Below are positions 1 to 10,845 of a stretch of 64,000 nt of DNA, piece after piece. A model generated the notes under the pieces. It saw nothing but the letters and a program-made list of their open reading frames with translations. It did not search any database and was not told the DNA's origin. The DNA lies in the NCBI GenBank assembly GCA_965217865.1, contig CBDCJO010000002.1, positions 4,480,001 to 4,544,000 on the forward strand. Direction: 5' to 3'. Every line of letters begins with the position of its first letter. Position 1 is the first letter of the stretch. This stretch comes from Candidatus Latescibacterota bacterium. Lineage in GTDB: Bacteria > Latescibacterota > UBA2968 > SICM01. Position numbers and translations under genes: made by a program.

Positions 1-90
1 AAGCCCAAGAACCGCTCCGGCCAACACGACCCCGAGAATGATCTTTCGCGTGCGAGATCGTCTCCGATCAGTACCCGTTTCGTTGTCCAT
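1..90 (-). CDS. Partial gene (5' end only), N-terminal membrane anchor or signal peptide
   Basis: AAGGAG RBS then ATG at 90; reads MDNETGTDRRRSRTRKIILGVVLAGAVLGL and runs off the window edge. Confidence 0.6.
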   Translation of the reverse strand, partial: MDNETGTDRRRSRTRKIILGVVLAGAVLGL

Positions 91-227
91 AATTCTCCTT
101 CGTCTCCCTGAACATAATCGCCCCTGCGATCCAGGTTGGGGAGATGGGTTCCTTTGGTATATAGGACACCATCCTGGGAAGGAAAGTTCCCGAAAGCGTC
201 CCGGTGGTGGGCGAAACCATCGATTCT

Positions 228-2537
228 TTACTGTTCCAGCAGTTGTGCGACAACGGTTCGTTCGGTGGTGGGCAATTTGCACGTGTAGTCCACGCAGATG
301 TAGGCTGTGGATTTTCCGCCGACCATTCGCATGGTTTTGATAAACGGGAGGTAGGCCCCAAGGGTCTTTTGTGCGTCTCCCCCGTCCGCAAGCAGGATGA
401 TCCTATTCGGAATGAACCGGAGATGGATTTCTTTCAACAGGTCCCAGGTGTGGGGGCTGTCCGGCGGGCCGGCGATGATGATCTGTTTTGGCTTTGAGAG
501 GCTGAAATCGAGTGCGACCAGGAACTGGACCAGGCTCTCGGGTGTGTTGAGGATCCGCTCGCCGAAGAAGGCCAGGGACTTATCCGCCATCGACCTGTAA
601 TTCTGAGAGTCGATCATGTGAGACAGACGAAGGAGGTTGAGGATGGCGATCGAATTGCCGGAGGGCGCAGCACCGTCATACGATTCTTTGGTGCGGACAA
701 GGATGGACGGGTCGCTCCCCGAGATATCGTAGAACCCCGAGTTTACGGTGTCATAGAATAATTCGATCTGTTGCTCTTCGAGTGCGATGGCGGTTTTCAG
801 CCAATCGATGTCGAGGGAGGCCTCGTACAGGTCCAGCAAGGCCTGGATAAGAAAGGCATGGTCTTCAAGATGCGCTTCGTAACGGGCATCCCCGGCTCGA
901 AAACGGCGCAGGAGAATTTTCTTTTCGGGATTGTACATCCTGTCCAGAATGAATCGGCCCACCCTTTCTGCGGCGACCAGGTACTCCCGGTCGCCGAGGA
1001 CCTGGTAGGCGCGTGCGAAACCGGAAATCATCAACCCGTTCCAAGAGACCAAAATTTTGTCGTCGAGATGGGGACTCGGCCGCTCTTCCCTTGCCAGAAA
1101 GAGTTTCCTTCTGGATCTCAACAGGGTCTCCTTCAATTCTACGACGGAGACCCCCAAATGTTTTGCGGTTTCTTCGACCGGTTTTGACACAACCAGGATG
1201 TTCTCATTGATAAACTCGTTTTGAGGATCGGATTCTACGTTTCCGTTCTCTTTGACACCGTAAAAGGCGTTGAACACCTCCGCCTCCCCCCGGGTTAAGA
1301 TCCGATCGATTTGGTCCTTTTCCCAGGTATAGAACGCACCCTCTTCCTTATCATCCGGCCTGGACACGTCGATGGCACTCTCCGAGTCTTCGGCAGAGTA
1401 GAATCCTCCGTCAGCGTGCGTCATCTTCCGTTTTACGTAGTCCAGGATGTCCCGAGCGACATCCGCATAAAACGCATCGCGGGTAATTTGGTAGGCTTCG
1501 AGATATGAAACGACCAGGAGGGCTTGATCGTAGAGCATTTTTTCAAAATGAGGAACGTGCCACCGATCATCGGTCGCGTACCGGTGGAAACCGCCCCCGA
1601 TGTGGTCGTAGATGCCGCCGTTTGCCATCGCACGGAGTGACTTCAGGGACATTTCGAGCGCTTCGGATTCGCCCGTCCTTCGATGATATCGAAGCAGGAA
1701 GTTAAAAGAGGCCGGTCGGGGGAATTTAGGGGCTTTCCCGAAGCCGCCGTGTTCTTCATCGAATTTTTTGGAGAAGGCCTCGAATCCGAGGTCGAGAGCA
1801 GCAGCCCCGGCGTGTTTCGCCCTCACGTCCGGTTGGGACATCCCCTCCAGGAAATCCATGATCTGTTGGCCCGTTTTGGCGATCTTCTCGGGTTCCTTTG
1901 TCCAGACTTCGTGGACCTGATTGAGTAAATCCGGAAATCCAGGACGCCCGTGCGCACGGGTCGGGGGGAAGTAGGTGCCACCGAAAAACGGCTTCAGATC
2001 CGGTGTCAGAAACATCGATAGGGGCCATCCGCCGTGTCCGGTCATACCCTGGAGGGCGATCATATAAACGCGGTCCACGTCCGGACGTTCCTCGCGGTCG
2101 ACTTTGATGCTCACGACGATGCTGTTCATCAATTCTGCGATGGCCGGGTTTTCGAAGACCTCCCTCTCCATCACGTGGCACCAGTAACACGTGGAATAGC
2201 CGATGGACAGGAAGATGGGCTTATTTTCCCGCTTCGCTTTTTCAAAGGCCTCGGGGCCCCAGGGGTACCAATCGACGGGATTGAAGGCGTGCTGGAGGAG
2301 ATAGGGACTCTTTTCCCGGATCAGTCTATTCGGCTTTTCCCCTTCCGCGAGTTTCCGTCTGACCACCTCTTCGACCGTTCCTTCAGGTTGATCCTTCGAT
2401 TCCGGGGTGTCGATATTCCGAAGCGTTTGGGATGAGACGGAATCCTCAGCGGGTGTGACGATCAATCGACCCACCATAACGAAGGCCACGGCGAAAAGGG
2501 CGGGCCTCTTGATTGCGGTATAAAGGGTTGGAGGCAT
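228..2537 (-). CDS. Thioredoxin domain-containing protein, YyaL/SSP411 (DUF255) family
   Basis: [72 protein letters not shown] motifs; N-terminal hydrophobic segment. Confidence 0.93.
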   Translation of the reverse strand: MPPTLYTAIKRPALFAVAFVMVGRLIVTPAEDSVSSQTLRNIDTPESKDQPEGTVEEVVRRKLAEGEKPNRLIREKSPYLLQHAFNPVDWYPWGPEAFEKAKRENKPIFLSIGYSTCYWCHVMEREVFENPAIAELMNSIVVSIKVDREERPDVDRVYMIALQGMTGHGGWPLSMFLTPDLKPFFGGTYFPPTRAHGRPGFPDLLNQVHEVWTKEPEKIAKTGQQIMDFLEGMSQPDVRAKHAGAAALDLGFEAFSKKFDEEHGGFGKAPKFPRPASFNFLLRYHRRTGESEALEMSLKSLRAMANGGIYDHIGGGFHRYATDDRWHVPHFEKMLYDQALLVVSYLEAYQITRDAFYADVARDILDYVKRKMTHADGGFYSAEDSESAIDVSRPDDKEEGAFYTWEKDQIDRILTRGEAEVFNAFYGVKENGNVESDPQNEFINENILVVSKPVEETAKHLGVSVVELKETLLRSRRKLFLAREERPSPHLDDKILVSWNGLMISGFARAYQVLGDREYLVAAERVGRFILDRMYNPEKKILLRRFRAGDARYEAHLEDHAFLIQALLDLYEASLDIDWLKTAIALEEQQIELFYDTVNSGFYDISGSDPSILVRTKESYDGAAPSGNSIAILNLLRLSHMIDSQNYRSMADKSLAFFGERILNTPESLVQFLVALDFSLSKPKQIIIAGPPDSPHTWDLLKEIHLRFIPNRIILLADGGDAQKTLGAYLPFIKTMRMVGGKSTAYICVDYTCKLPTTERTVVAQLLEQ

Positions 2538-2566
2538 TGGGCACTTTCAGGTCGTTGAGAGAGGCC

Positions 2567-4779
2567 TCACTCGACCTCTCTTAACGCTTCGAGGGACCAC
2601 CTTCGATCCATGAGTTGATAAGGGCTTTGCGTTGTGTTTTTCCAGGCGCTGTCGATCATCGATTGAGCGGGCTCGCTGAGTCCGCCTTTTCGATACGTCT
2701 CGAAGAAACCTCTGTAGAAATCATCGGGGTGTACTTCAAGGCCAACTTCAAGATAAGCAGATTCGTCGTGACCCGGGGCGATGTAGTCGAAAACCCATTG
2801 CCCTCCGGCCGGGATTCTGGTGTCGAACAGCTCGCGATTTTCTCCGACGGTAAGGATGACCCGGTGCTGGATCACCCGGACCTGCTCGGTGCCTGGAAGG
2901 GCATTCAGTCCCCGGTCAAGAAGCCGGGCGGTCACGAAGATGGCGGGGGTGACGTATGTGGGGAGGTGGTGCCCTGCCCCGACGTTCTCGATCTCCACGG
3001 TCACGCGAACCGAGTCCGGGTCGCCCCCGGACGTGGATGTCGCCTTTAAAAGCAATGCCTTGCGCGTTATTTCCGGATCGTGAACGCCGAGCCAAAGGTG
3101 ACGACGCTCCGGCATGTGGCAGGTTTGGCAGGTCTCCCCCCGCCGGCCTTGAGGTGAAGCCATCCATTCATTATGCGTATTTTGGAGGAGCTTACCATTG
3201 ACACGCGTTCCGGACGGGGGGAATTGATGACACTTCCGGCAGAACTCAGACCGCTCAAAGGCCGTCCGGATCACTGCCCCGCCGTGTCCGGCCCCCCACA
3301 CCTGAGCGGACGTTTCGGCGCCCGGGGAGGGGCCGAAACGTCTGTGACCACGGACGTGACAGGTTGCACAGGATAACCCGGACGATTGGAGGTCCGCACA
3401 ATAATCGGGATTTGTTCGATAGCCCCATACCTCTGGGACCTTTAAATGTTGTTCCCAGAGCGGGGCGTGGCACCCCTGGCAAATCGATGCGGATCCGGGC
3501 TTTTCTTCCATCAACCCATTTTTCAGCTGGCCCATGACCCCCGGCCCCATGCTCCGGCTGTGCAGGGAAGCCCTCCAGTCCCGCCATTGGGAGACGTGAC
3601 AGGCCCCGCACGCATCGGGACCCAATTCCGAGGTCAATGAATCGAGGACCGCGGGCGCAGCCCTTTGTGGAGGTATAGGGGCTCCCCAGTGTTTCTGAAG
3701 AAAGCCCTCTACATCATCCCTCGCTGAGTATTCTCCGGTTTCCTCCGCCCTAAAGGACGTGAGGGCCAGGGACATGGCTTCAATCTGTCCTTTGCTCAGA
3801 TGGATTCGGGGGCTGTGCTGTCTTTCCGAACGGTGATGATTTATGAAGGATCCGGATGAATCCTTCGACACATATTCGACAGGGTTCTTGAAGGCCTGGA
3901 TGTGGTGGCAACGTGCACATCCCTGTTGCGCATATGCCGATAAACCCGCCCGGATGGATGCCTCAGAGGTAGGGGGGGGCCCTCAAGCGTCTTTTCTCCC
4001 ACCGGTCCGAGGAGATAAGCGGCCAGGTTCTCCACCTGATGTTCCGAAAATTCATACTCCGGCATCCTGGCGTTGGCCAGGACCGAACTCGGACTTGACA
4101 GGTAGGCGATCACCCAGGCCTTCCTGAGCTTGGTTCCCGCATCATCCAGCGATGGCCCGAGGGTTCCTCCCTCCCCACCAAGGAGATGACATTTGGGACA
4201 TCCCGCTTCGATGTAGAGGTCTCGACCTCTATCCGGGTGACCCGCTCCGGGTCCGGTCGCTAAGGTGTCCCGGGGCTTCAGGGAGGACAGGAACGCCGCG
4301 ATCTCTGTCTTTTCGGGGTAAGACAGGGGAACACGCGGCATCCGTGCGTTTGGAGAGATTGCTACGGGATTTTCAAGCCAGCGGAGGAGCCAATCTAAGG
4401 AGGTTTTTTCCCCGATCCTGTCGAGATCGGGTCCGCGGCGATTTGAGAAACCTTCGAAGGGCAGGTCGTGACAGGTCACACATCCAAAGTGGTTCAGGAG
4501 ATCTTGTCCGGCGGACAACGTGACATCTAAGATTTCAGAAGGTCCGGGAGAAGTCCGGGGAGGATCAATTATTATAGGATCGGGGTCCTGGAAGTCGGAC
4601 ATCCTCGGACCTTCAATCCGGACGCCCTGGATCAATGGATGGATATCCTCCGCCGCCGAGGATGTCCCCCATCCGATGCCCCCCGAAAGGGACAAAAAAA
4701 GAAGCAGGAATATTCGGCGGTGTGGTTCACCCGGGCGATTACACATAGGCGTTCTGCTAATATCGTCAACGGGTTTCAA
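2567..4779 (-). CDS. Multiheme cytochrome c (8 CxxCH), split by one frameshift at a G8 run (3972-3979)
   Basis: ORF 3841-4779 has a signal-like segment, CVTCH and CPKCH; after the G8 run another frame reads ..AYAQQGCARCHHIQAFKNPVEYVSKDSS and joins ORF 2567-3871 (CGACH, CQGCH, CATCH, CRKCH, CQTCH). Confidence 0.85.
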
Positions 4780-4959
4780 CTAAAAGTTGGGGGGGCGACG
4801 GATCCCCCGAATCGTTACGGAAAATTACCACCTTCCCCGTAAAAAAGCAAACTTCAGGCCGCTGAACAGATCCGGGCAGGCTTGCCGGGTTGGCCCCCCA
4901 GTTCGTAGTCCAGCGGCCTGGAATGAACTATCGCGAATGAAAAAAGGGAATTTGACCTC

Positions 4960-5766
4960 TCAACTGCTCAAAGCGGATGCAGCCAGGGTCTTCAGGTTGG
5001 ATTGAGACACGTCTGCCACCAGGGCGTGGAACAGGCCCCGCTCTTCCCAGACCACCACGTTGAATCCCTTGTAGGCGGTCAGGCGGACGTTGCGGCCCGA
5101 GATCCGGGCGTCCTGTCCGGGAGGCAGGGGGATCCCCATTTTATCGAGGACGAACATGCAGACCATCTGCTTTCCTTTGCCGCGATACATCAGATAGGCG
5201 ACCCTGCGGTCCATGAGATAGCAAAGACGGCCTCCAAGGAGCCGGAGATCGGCCGGATGAAACCGGGGAGGGGCCACGTTGATGTCGATGCGACTCTGGA
5301 ACCACTGGCTGAGATCCTCTCGGCTTGCGGTCCTGAAATCCAGGGCCCCTTCCTGCTTCAAGAGGCACTGAATATGTTCGTCAACGACCTCGGACACGAC
5401 GGACCTGGGCGGACTTGAAGCGTGGAAATATAACGATCCTCCAATCACGCAGAGGGCCAAAGAAGCGGCCAGCGATAGCAGGCCGACCATTCGACGGCGG
5501 CTGAGGGCGTCCCATCGCCTCTGCGTCTCTTCTGCGTTGACGGCCTTGGCAACGCGTTGGCGCAGATCCGGGGAGGCCGGTTCCAGGAGTCGATCCTTCC
5601 TGCTCCGAATCAGAGACCGAAGGGCTTTTCCAGCCTCATATCGCATCCGGCACTCCGGACAGACAGAGAGATGGCCTTCGATAATCCGTCGCTCTTTGTC
5701 CGACACCTCGTCGTCGATGTAAGCGCTGATGGCCTCCTCGACACGGGTGCAGGTCAGTTCAGGCAT
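4960..5766 (-). CDS. Transmembrane anti-sigma factor with zf-HC2 zinc finger
   Basis: C..VEEAISAYIDDE...HLSVCPEC motif, one TM helix, LLGGRLC periplasmic domain; overlaps the stop of the sigma gene. Confidence 0.88.
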   Translation of the reverse strand: MPELTCTRVEEAISAYIDDEVSDKERRIIEGHLSVCPECRMRYEAGKALRSLIRSRKDRLLEPASPDLRQRVAKAVNAEETQRRWDALSRRRMVGLLSLAASLALCVIGGSLYFHASSPPRSVVSEVVDEHIQCLLKQEGALDFRTASREDLSQWFQSRIDINVAPPRFHPADLRLLGGRLCYLMDRRVAYLMYRGKGKQMVCMFVLDKMGIPLPPGQDARISGRNVRLTAYKGFNVVVWEERGLFHALVADVSQSNLKTLAASALSS

Positions 5767-6316
5767 AATCTCCTCCTTGGAGTTCTCCCCGGCTGCCCGC
5801 GGTTTTGTTGAGGTGGGTCCTCAGAAGATTCCGGCCGCGGTGTATGCGCGAACGAACGGTGCCGATCGGGCATCCAAGAATCTCTGAAATCTCTTCGTAG
5901 GAAAACTCTTCGACGTCCGACAAGAGGACGGCGATTCGAAAGTCTTCCGGGAGGGAATCAAGCGCTGCCTTCAAATCGTCGTCGATCAGGTTTTCAAGTG
6001 AAACATTTCCAGGCACCGGAGGGGTTGCGGAATCGTAATCCTGGAGGGGTAAGGTCTCCGGGGTCCGTTGAGTCTTGCGGTAGAGGTTGATGAAGGTATT
6101 GGTCAGGATTCGAAACAACCAGGCCCGGCAACGCTCCTCATCTTCCAGCTTGTCAATAAATTGATACGCTCGGAGACACGTCTCCTGTACCAGATCCTCT
6201 GCGTCCTGGCGATGCCTAGTCATCCTCAAGGCGGCGCTGTGAAGGGCGTCGAGGTGGGGCAGCACCAGGGTTTCAAACCGCCCCTGTCGATCGTGACGAG
6301 GACTGAATAGCCTCAA
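5759..6316 (-). CDS. ECF RNA polymerase sigma-70 factor
   Basis: DAEDLVQET, AWLFRILTNTFIN, FSYEEISEILGCPIGTVRSRIHRGR; probable TTG start at 6316 after AGGAG (ORF track start 6406). Confidence 0.92.
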   Translation of the reverse strand: MRLFSPRHDRQGRFETLVLPHLDALHSAALRMTRHRQDAEDLVQETCLRAYQFIDKLEDEERCRAWLFRILTNTFINLYRKTQRTPETLPLQDYDSATPPVPGNVSLENLIDDDLKAALDSLPEDFRIAVLLSDVEEFSYEEISEILGCPIGTVRSRIHRGRNLLRTHLNKTAGSRGELQGGDYA

Positions 6317-6765
6317 TCCCGTTCTCCTGTGATGGAAATGGTGAGGTCGTTTGGGTATGACATAAAAAGCCTTGTAGGAGTTCCCACCAGCATAAATTAA
6401 TCCCAAATCGGAATCGAGGAATTGATCCCTCGGGCGATCGCGATCTCGACTTGAAAGCCCTCTGAGAAACTTTCATAAATTTAACAGGAACAGATAGTTG
6501 TAAATAATTCTAAGTTGAGATGTATCTCAACGTTCCGGATCGATCCCATCTCGATGGAACACGCCAAAAATTTCTTGACTTTTGATCCTCGCGCGTACAC
6601 CTTTGTCACCGGATCGGTCCCGGGGATTCCGGCCATTCGGGCAGGCGCGGTGTGTAGGCCGCGCCTTCGCCTTTGGTGGGGCCTTGGAGCGGTTGAGGGG
6701 GTTAGGGCTCTTGGGTTACCCCTCTCCCGGAATTTCGTTTTCAACGTGGATCAAGAAGGAACCGT

Positions 6766-7590
6766 ATGCGGGATGTGGTGACTCAATCCGGACGAAAGGC
6801 AAGCCGCATCGGGCTGGCCGCGAGCCCGGACATGGATAACCGATGTGTTGAGATCGGGTTTGCATCGGACACCAACTACTTTTTTTTCTACAATTCCACC
6901 TTCTCTAACTTTATGGACGGCCTCCGCCCGCTCCTCAAACGGAACCGGGAGGATGTGATCGTGGGGTGCGGGAGCGAGGCGCGGGATCAGAAGTCCCTCC
7001 GCCGGGATCTGGACAGGATTCGTAAACGACTCGATGTCGATATCCTGGACATCTTCCATGTTGACTACGTCTCCCCGGGAGACGATGAAGAGACGTTGTT
7101 CGGGGCGACGGGTGTAATTTCGGAGATCGAGCGATGGCGCGACTCGGGGTTGGTCCGGTATGTGGCCGCCTCTGTTCACAGCCGGTCGTTTGCCGTGGCA
7201 CTCGTCCAGAGCGGTCGTGTGGAACTCCTGATGACCCGGTATAATATGGCACATCGAGGAGCCGAGGAGAAGGTACTTCCTGCCGCAGAGGAGGCTGGAA
7301 TCCCGGTCACTGCCTTTACCTGTACCCGATGGGGGACCCTTCTCGAAGGCCATCCCGGGTGGGGCGTCGACCTGCCCGTTCCGAAGGCCGCAGACTGTTA
7401 CCGTTTTGTGCTTCAACACCCTGCGGTACGTATCGCCCTTACGAACCCCGGGACTCCGAAGAGGCTATACGAGAACCTATCGGTTCTGCGCGAGGGTGAT
7501 ATTTGCCCGGAACAATTCAGGTTGTGGGAGGAGTACGGCCGGCTTGTGTACGGGGATGGAAAGCATTCGTTCGAGACCCGGTGGCCGTAA
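6766..7590 (+). CDS. Aldo/keto reductase family oxidoreductase
   Basis: SRIGLA, RLDVDILDIFHV, GLVRYVAASVH, RYNMAHRGAE, CYRFVLQHPAV. Confidence 0.8.
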   Translation: MRDVVTQSGRKASRIGLAASPDMDNRCVEIGFASDTNYFFFYNSTFSNFMDGLRPLLKRNREDVIVGCGSEARDQKSLRRDLDRIRKRLDVDILDIFHVDYVSPGDDEETLFGATGVISEIERWRDSGLVRYVAASVHSRSFAVALVQSGRVELLMTRYNMAHRGAEEKVLPAAEEAGIPVTAFTCTRWGTLLEGHPGWGVDLPVPKAADCYRFVLQHPAVRIALTNPGTPKRLYENLSVLREGDICPEQFRLWEEYGRLVYGDGKHSFETRWP

Positions 7591-7642
7591 AAAATGGGTA
7601 CCGTGACGAATGATAAGGATGCATCTATAAGGAGCTGAGGCA

Positions 7643-8926
7643 ATGAAAAGGTTAGTCCGTCCCCCCAGAGGCAAAAAGGGGAGGCGCAGCCCGGGGGTAA
7701 AGGCCGGATTGGGGCCAGTTGAGGATGGAAGCGGATCCGAAACGCCAACTGAGGAAGCCCTCCGGAGGAGCGAAGAGCGATATCGTGCGCTATTCGAGAC
7801 GGCCTTCGCGGGGATCAGCATTGGGGACCCTGAGGAGAACATCATCCTGGCCAACCCTACGTTCTGTGAATTGCTGGGTTACTCCCGGGCAGAGCTGGTA
7901 GGGATGAATCTATCGCAAATCACGGGACGGGAGGAGTTCAGCCGGTACCAGGAGCTGACGAAGCAGCGGAGAAAGGGCGTCCGAAACTATTACGAGAGCA
8001 CCGTTTATCGCAAAGATGGAATGCCTATCAATGTGATTATCTCGGCATCTCCTCTCACGGGGAGGGACGGGGTTTTTGAGGGCGTTCTGACCGTGGTTCT
8101 GGATATTACAACACGAAAGCGCGCGGAGGAAGCCCTGCAAAAGGCGCGGGATGAACTCGAGCAGCGGGTCGAAGAACGTACGGCTGAGCTGCAGAAAGCC
8201 AATCAATCCCTGCAGGACGAGGTTTCCGAAAACGCGCGCCTGTTCGAGGAGGTTCGAGCGGGTCGAGAGCGGATGCAGGCCCTCTCTCACCGCTTGGTTG
8301 AGGTGCAGGAGGAGGAACGTCGGCGGATCGCCCGCGAGCTCCACGATGAAGTTGGACAAACGTTGACGGGCCTTAAACTGACGCTGGAGATGGGCAGGCG
8401 CCTTCCTCCCGGGGGTGCGGAAAAAACCGGTCTGGAGGAAGCGCAAACCTTGGTGAACGACCTCATTTCCAAAGTGCGCGACATGTCCCTCGAGCTGAGA
8501 CCCGCGATGTTGGACGATTTGGGTCTGCTTCCGTGTCTTCTGTGGCATTTTGAAAGGTTTACCACCCAGACCCGGATTCAGGTCGGCTTCCAACACAACG
8601 GGCTGGAGGGAAGGCGGTTTTCTCCGGAGGCGGAAACGGCAGCATACCGGATTATCCAGGAAGCCCTGACGAATGTCGCCCGACACGCGGGGACCCACCA
8701 GGCCACGGTGCGGGTCTGGGTGAAACAGGATACGTTAAACGTCCAGGTCGAAGATCAGGGCCCGGGTTTTGAACCGGAAGCCACTCTGTCCGCTGGCGTT
8801 TCCAGCGGTCTTTCGGGGATGCGAGAGCGAGCGATCCTGGTCGGCGGTGTTCTGACAGTCGAATCGTCACCGGGGAGAGGAACTCAGGTGATGGCCAGAT
8901 TGCCCCTGGAGATTCCGGGCGATTAA
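7643..8926 (+). CDS. PAS-domain sensor histidine kinase (HisKA_3, NarX/UhpB type)
   Basis: PAS domain; QEEERRRIARELHDEVGQ H-box; QEALTNVARHA; DQGPGF; GLSGMRERA. Confidence 0.93.
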   Translation: MKRLVRPPRGKKGRRSPGVKAGLGPVEDGSGSETPTEEALRRSEERYRALFETAFAGISIGDPEENIILANPTFCELLGYSRAELVGMNLSQITGREEFSRYQELTKQRRKGVRNYYESTVYRKDGMPINVIISASPLTGRDGVFEGVLTVVLDITTRKRAEEALQKARDELEQRVEERTAELQKANQSLQDEVSENARLFEEVRAGRERMQALSHRLVEVQEEERRRIARELHDEVGQTLTGLKLTLEMGRRLPPGGAEKTGLEEAQTLVNDLISKVRDMSLELRPAMLDDLGLLPCLLWHFERFTTQTRIQVGFQHNGLEGRRFSPEAETAAYRIIQEALTNVARHAGTHQATVRVWVKQDTLNVQVEDQGPGFEPEATLSAGVSSGLSGMRERAILVGGVLTVESSPGRGTQVMARLPLEIPGD

Positions 8927-8939
8927 GAAAGCGGGAAAG

Positions 8940-9596
8940 ATGAGCCTCACGACCATTGTTCTGGCTGACGACCACCCCGTTGTTCGGCAGGGTTTGCGGG
9001 CTGTGCTTGAGGCGGAGAAGGATTTTCGTCTGATCGGTGAGACAGGCGATGGGCTGGAGACCGTTCGATTGATCGAGCGCCTTCAACCGGATGTATTGAT
9101 GCTGGATCTGATGATGCCCGGCCTGGGCGGCCTGGAGGTCACCCGGCAGGTGAGCCAACGTTCGCCAAGGACCCGTGTGGTTATCCTCTCGATGCACGCC
9201 GACGAGGCCTACGTGCTGGAGGCCCTCAAAAACGGAGCAACAGGCTATGTCCTGAAGGAATCGAGCGCAGATGATCTGGTTCGGGCCATCCGTGAAGTGG
9301 CCGCGGGTCGGCGTTACCTGAGTCCCCCGCTTTCGGAGCGCGCGATTGAAACATACGTGCAGCGGGCCCGGGACGCTTCCCTGGATGGATATGAATCCCT
9401 GACCCCCCGGGAACGAGAAGTTCTTCATCTGGCAGCGGAAGGTCACCACAATCCTGAGATTGCCACACGGCTTTTTATCAGTTCCCGAACGGTCGAGGTG
9501 CATCGGGCTAACCTTATGCGAAAACTAGGATTTCGGACTCAAACAGACCTAGTTCGATATGCCCTGAAAAGGGGAATCCTACCCCTGGAAAATTAG
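8940..9596 (+). CDS. NarL/LuxR family response regulator
   Basis: LADDHPVVRQG receiver, LDLMMPG, LTPREREVL HTH. Confidence 0.95.
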   Translation: MSLTTIVLADDHPVVRQGLRAVLEAEKDFRLIGETGDGLETVRLIERLQPDVLMLDLMMPGLGGLEVTRQVSQRSPRTRVVILSMHADEAYVLEALKNGATGYVLKESSADDLVRAIREVAAGRRYLSPPLSERAIETYVQRARDASLDGYESLTPREREVLHLAAEGHHNPEIATRLFISSRTVEVHRANLMRKLGFRTQTDLVRYALKRGILPLEN

Positions 9597-9870
9597 AACC
9601 GTCTAGCCGTGAAATACTCATTTCTTTTCCCCTCTTTCCCCCCAGATCCAATATCCGGAGCGATTTCCTGACCGTTCTATTCCCACCTACGCTTTAAATC
9701 CTTCTATACGAACATTTCTGGTTTTCAATGAACACGCTTTCCACGCGTGTTTCCGAAACGGCAAAGTCCATTTCTACGTGGCATTTCCGGTAAAATTACG
9801 TAGATGTACGAATGGACGGATTCGGAATCGATCGTTATTTTGCATAGTACGTGGGAACCGGGGTGAGAAA

Positions 9871-10326
9871 ATGAGCCAGACGAAAATGGATAGCCAGGTT
9901 GCGTGGCAGAGAAACGGAATGATGGATCCGATCTCCGTTTTGCTGGTGGATGATAATGCCACTTTTTTACGCGTTGCTATGCGCTTCTTGGAGGAGCATT
10001 GCCAGGAGGCGGTCGTCGTGGTGGGCACGGCCGAAGGGGGTGAAGAAGCCCTGGACCTGGCGAAAGACCTAAAACCTCGAATCATCCTGCTGGACCTCAA
10101 CATGCCGGGCATGTCGGGATTGGAGACCATCCCCCAGTTAAAACAGGCGTTTCCCGATGTCGGCATTATAGCTTTGACCCTGTTGGATACGGAGAGCTAT
10201 CGAAGCGCTGCGATCACGGCAGGTGCAGACGACTTCGTTCCCAAGGCCGCTCTGAACCTGGAACTGCTCCCGGCTATTAAACGGATTATCGCGGAATACA
10301 ATAAAAGGGGGGCTCCCATGCGATGA
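9871..10326 (+). CDS. Stand-alone receiver-domain response regulator
   Basis: VLLVDDN, LLDLNMPGMSG, AGADDFVPK; no output domain; exact start uncertain. Confidence 0.85.
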   Translation: MSQTKMDSQVAWQRNGMMDPISVLLVDDNATFLRVAMRFLEEHCQEAVVVVGTAEGGEEALDLAKDLKPRIILLDLNMPGMSGLETIPQLKQAFPDVGIIALTLLDTESYRSAAITAGADDFVPKAALNLELLPAIKRIIAEYNKRGAPMR

Positions 10327-10516
10327 TGGGGGCTGGCTATTGCAGCACCGGAGTTACATCGCCGTCCGAAGCTCCCGGCTCTTCGGGCGCGGAGCCCCCC
10401 TTTTTTTCAAAGAATCCGTGATCGTGGATCGTGACTCGGGGATTGGAAAGGCCAATAGTCCGAATCCATTCAAAAAAAACGTTGACTATTCCTCAAACTA
10501 TTCGCATCGATTCTTT

Positions 10517-10757
10517 ACGAATCACGAATCACGAATCACGAATCACGAATCACGAATCACGAATCACGAATCACGAATCACGAATCACGAATCACGAATC
10601 ACGAATCACGAATCACGAATCACGAATCACGAATCACGAATCACGAATCACGAATCACGAATCACGAATCACGAATCACGAATCACGAATCACGAATCAC
10701 GAATCACGAATCACGAATCACGAATCACGAATCACGAATCACGAATCACGAATCACG
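10517..10757. repeat. Tandem heptamer array (ACGAATC)x34
   Basis: 238 bp perfect array 10517-10754; degenerate inverted units (CGTGATC, CGTGACT) lie upstream at 10417-10445. Confidence 0.98.
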
Positions 10758-10845
10758 GCGTTCAGAGAAAGGAGGAGACCTTAGTGTTCTACGTATCCCG
10801 TCTTCAACGAAGTGGCCCAAGTAAATCGATTCCGGAGGTGGATAT

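Noticed and set aside
7910-9503. Long antisense ORFs (262 and 283 aa) and similar shadows at 29155, 37112, 42938, 61474
   Set aside because: They lie opposite well-supported genes in GC-rich DNA and show no motifs.
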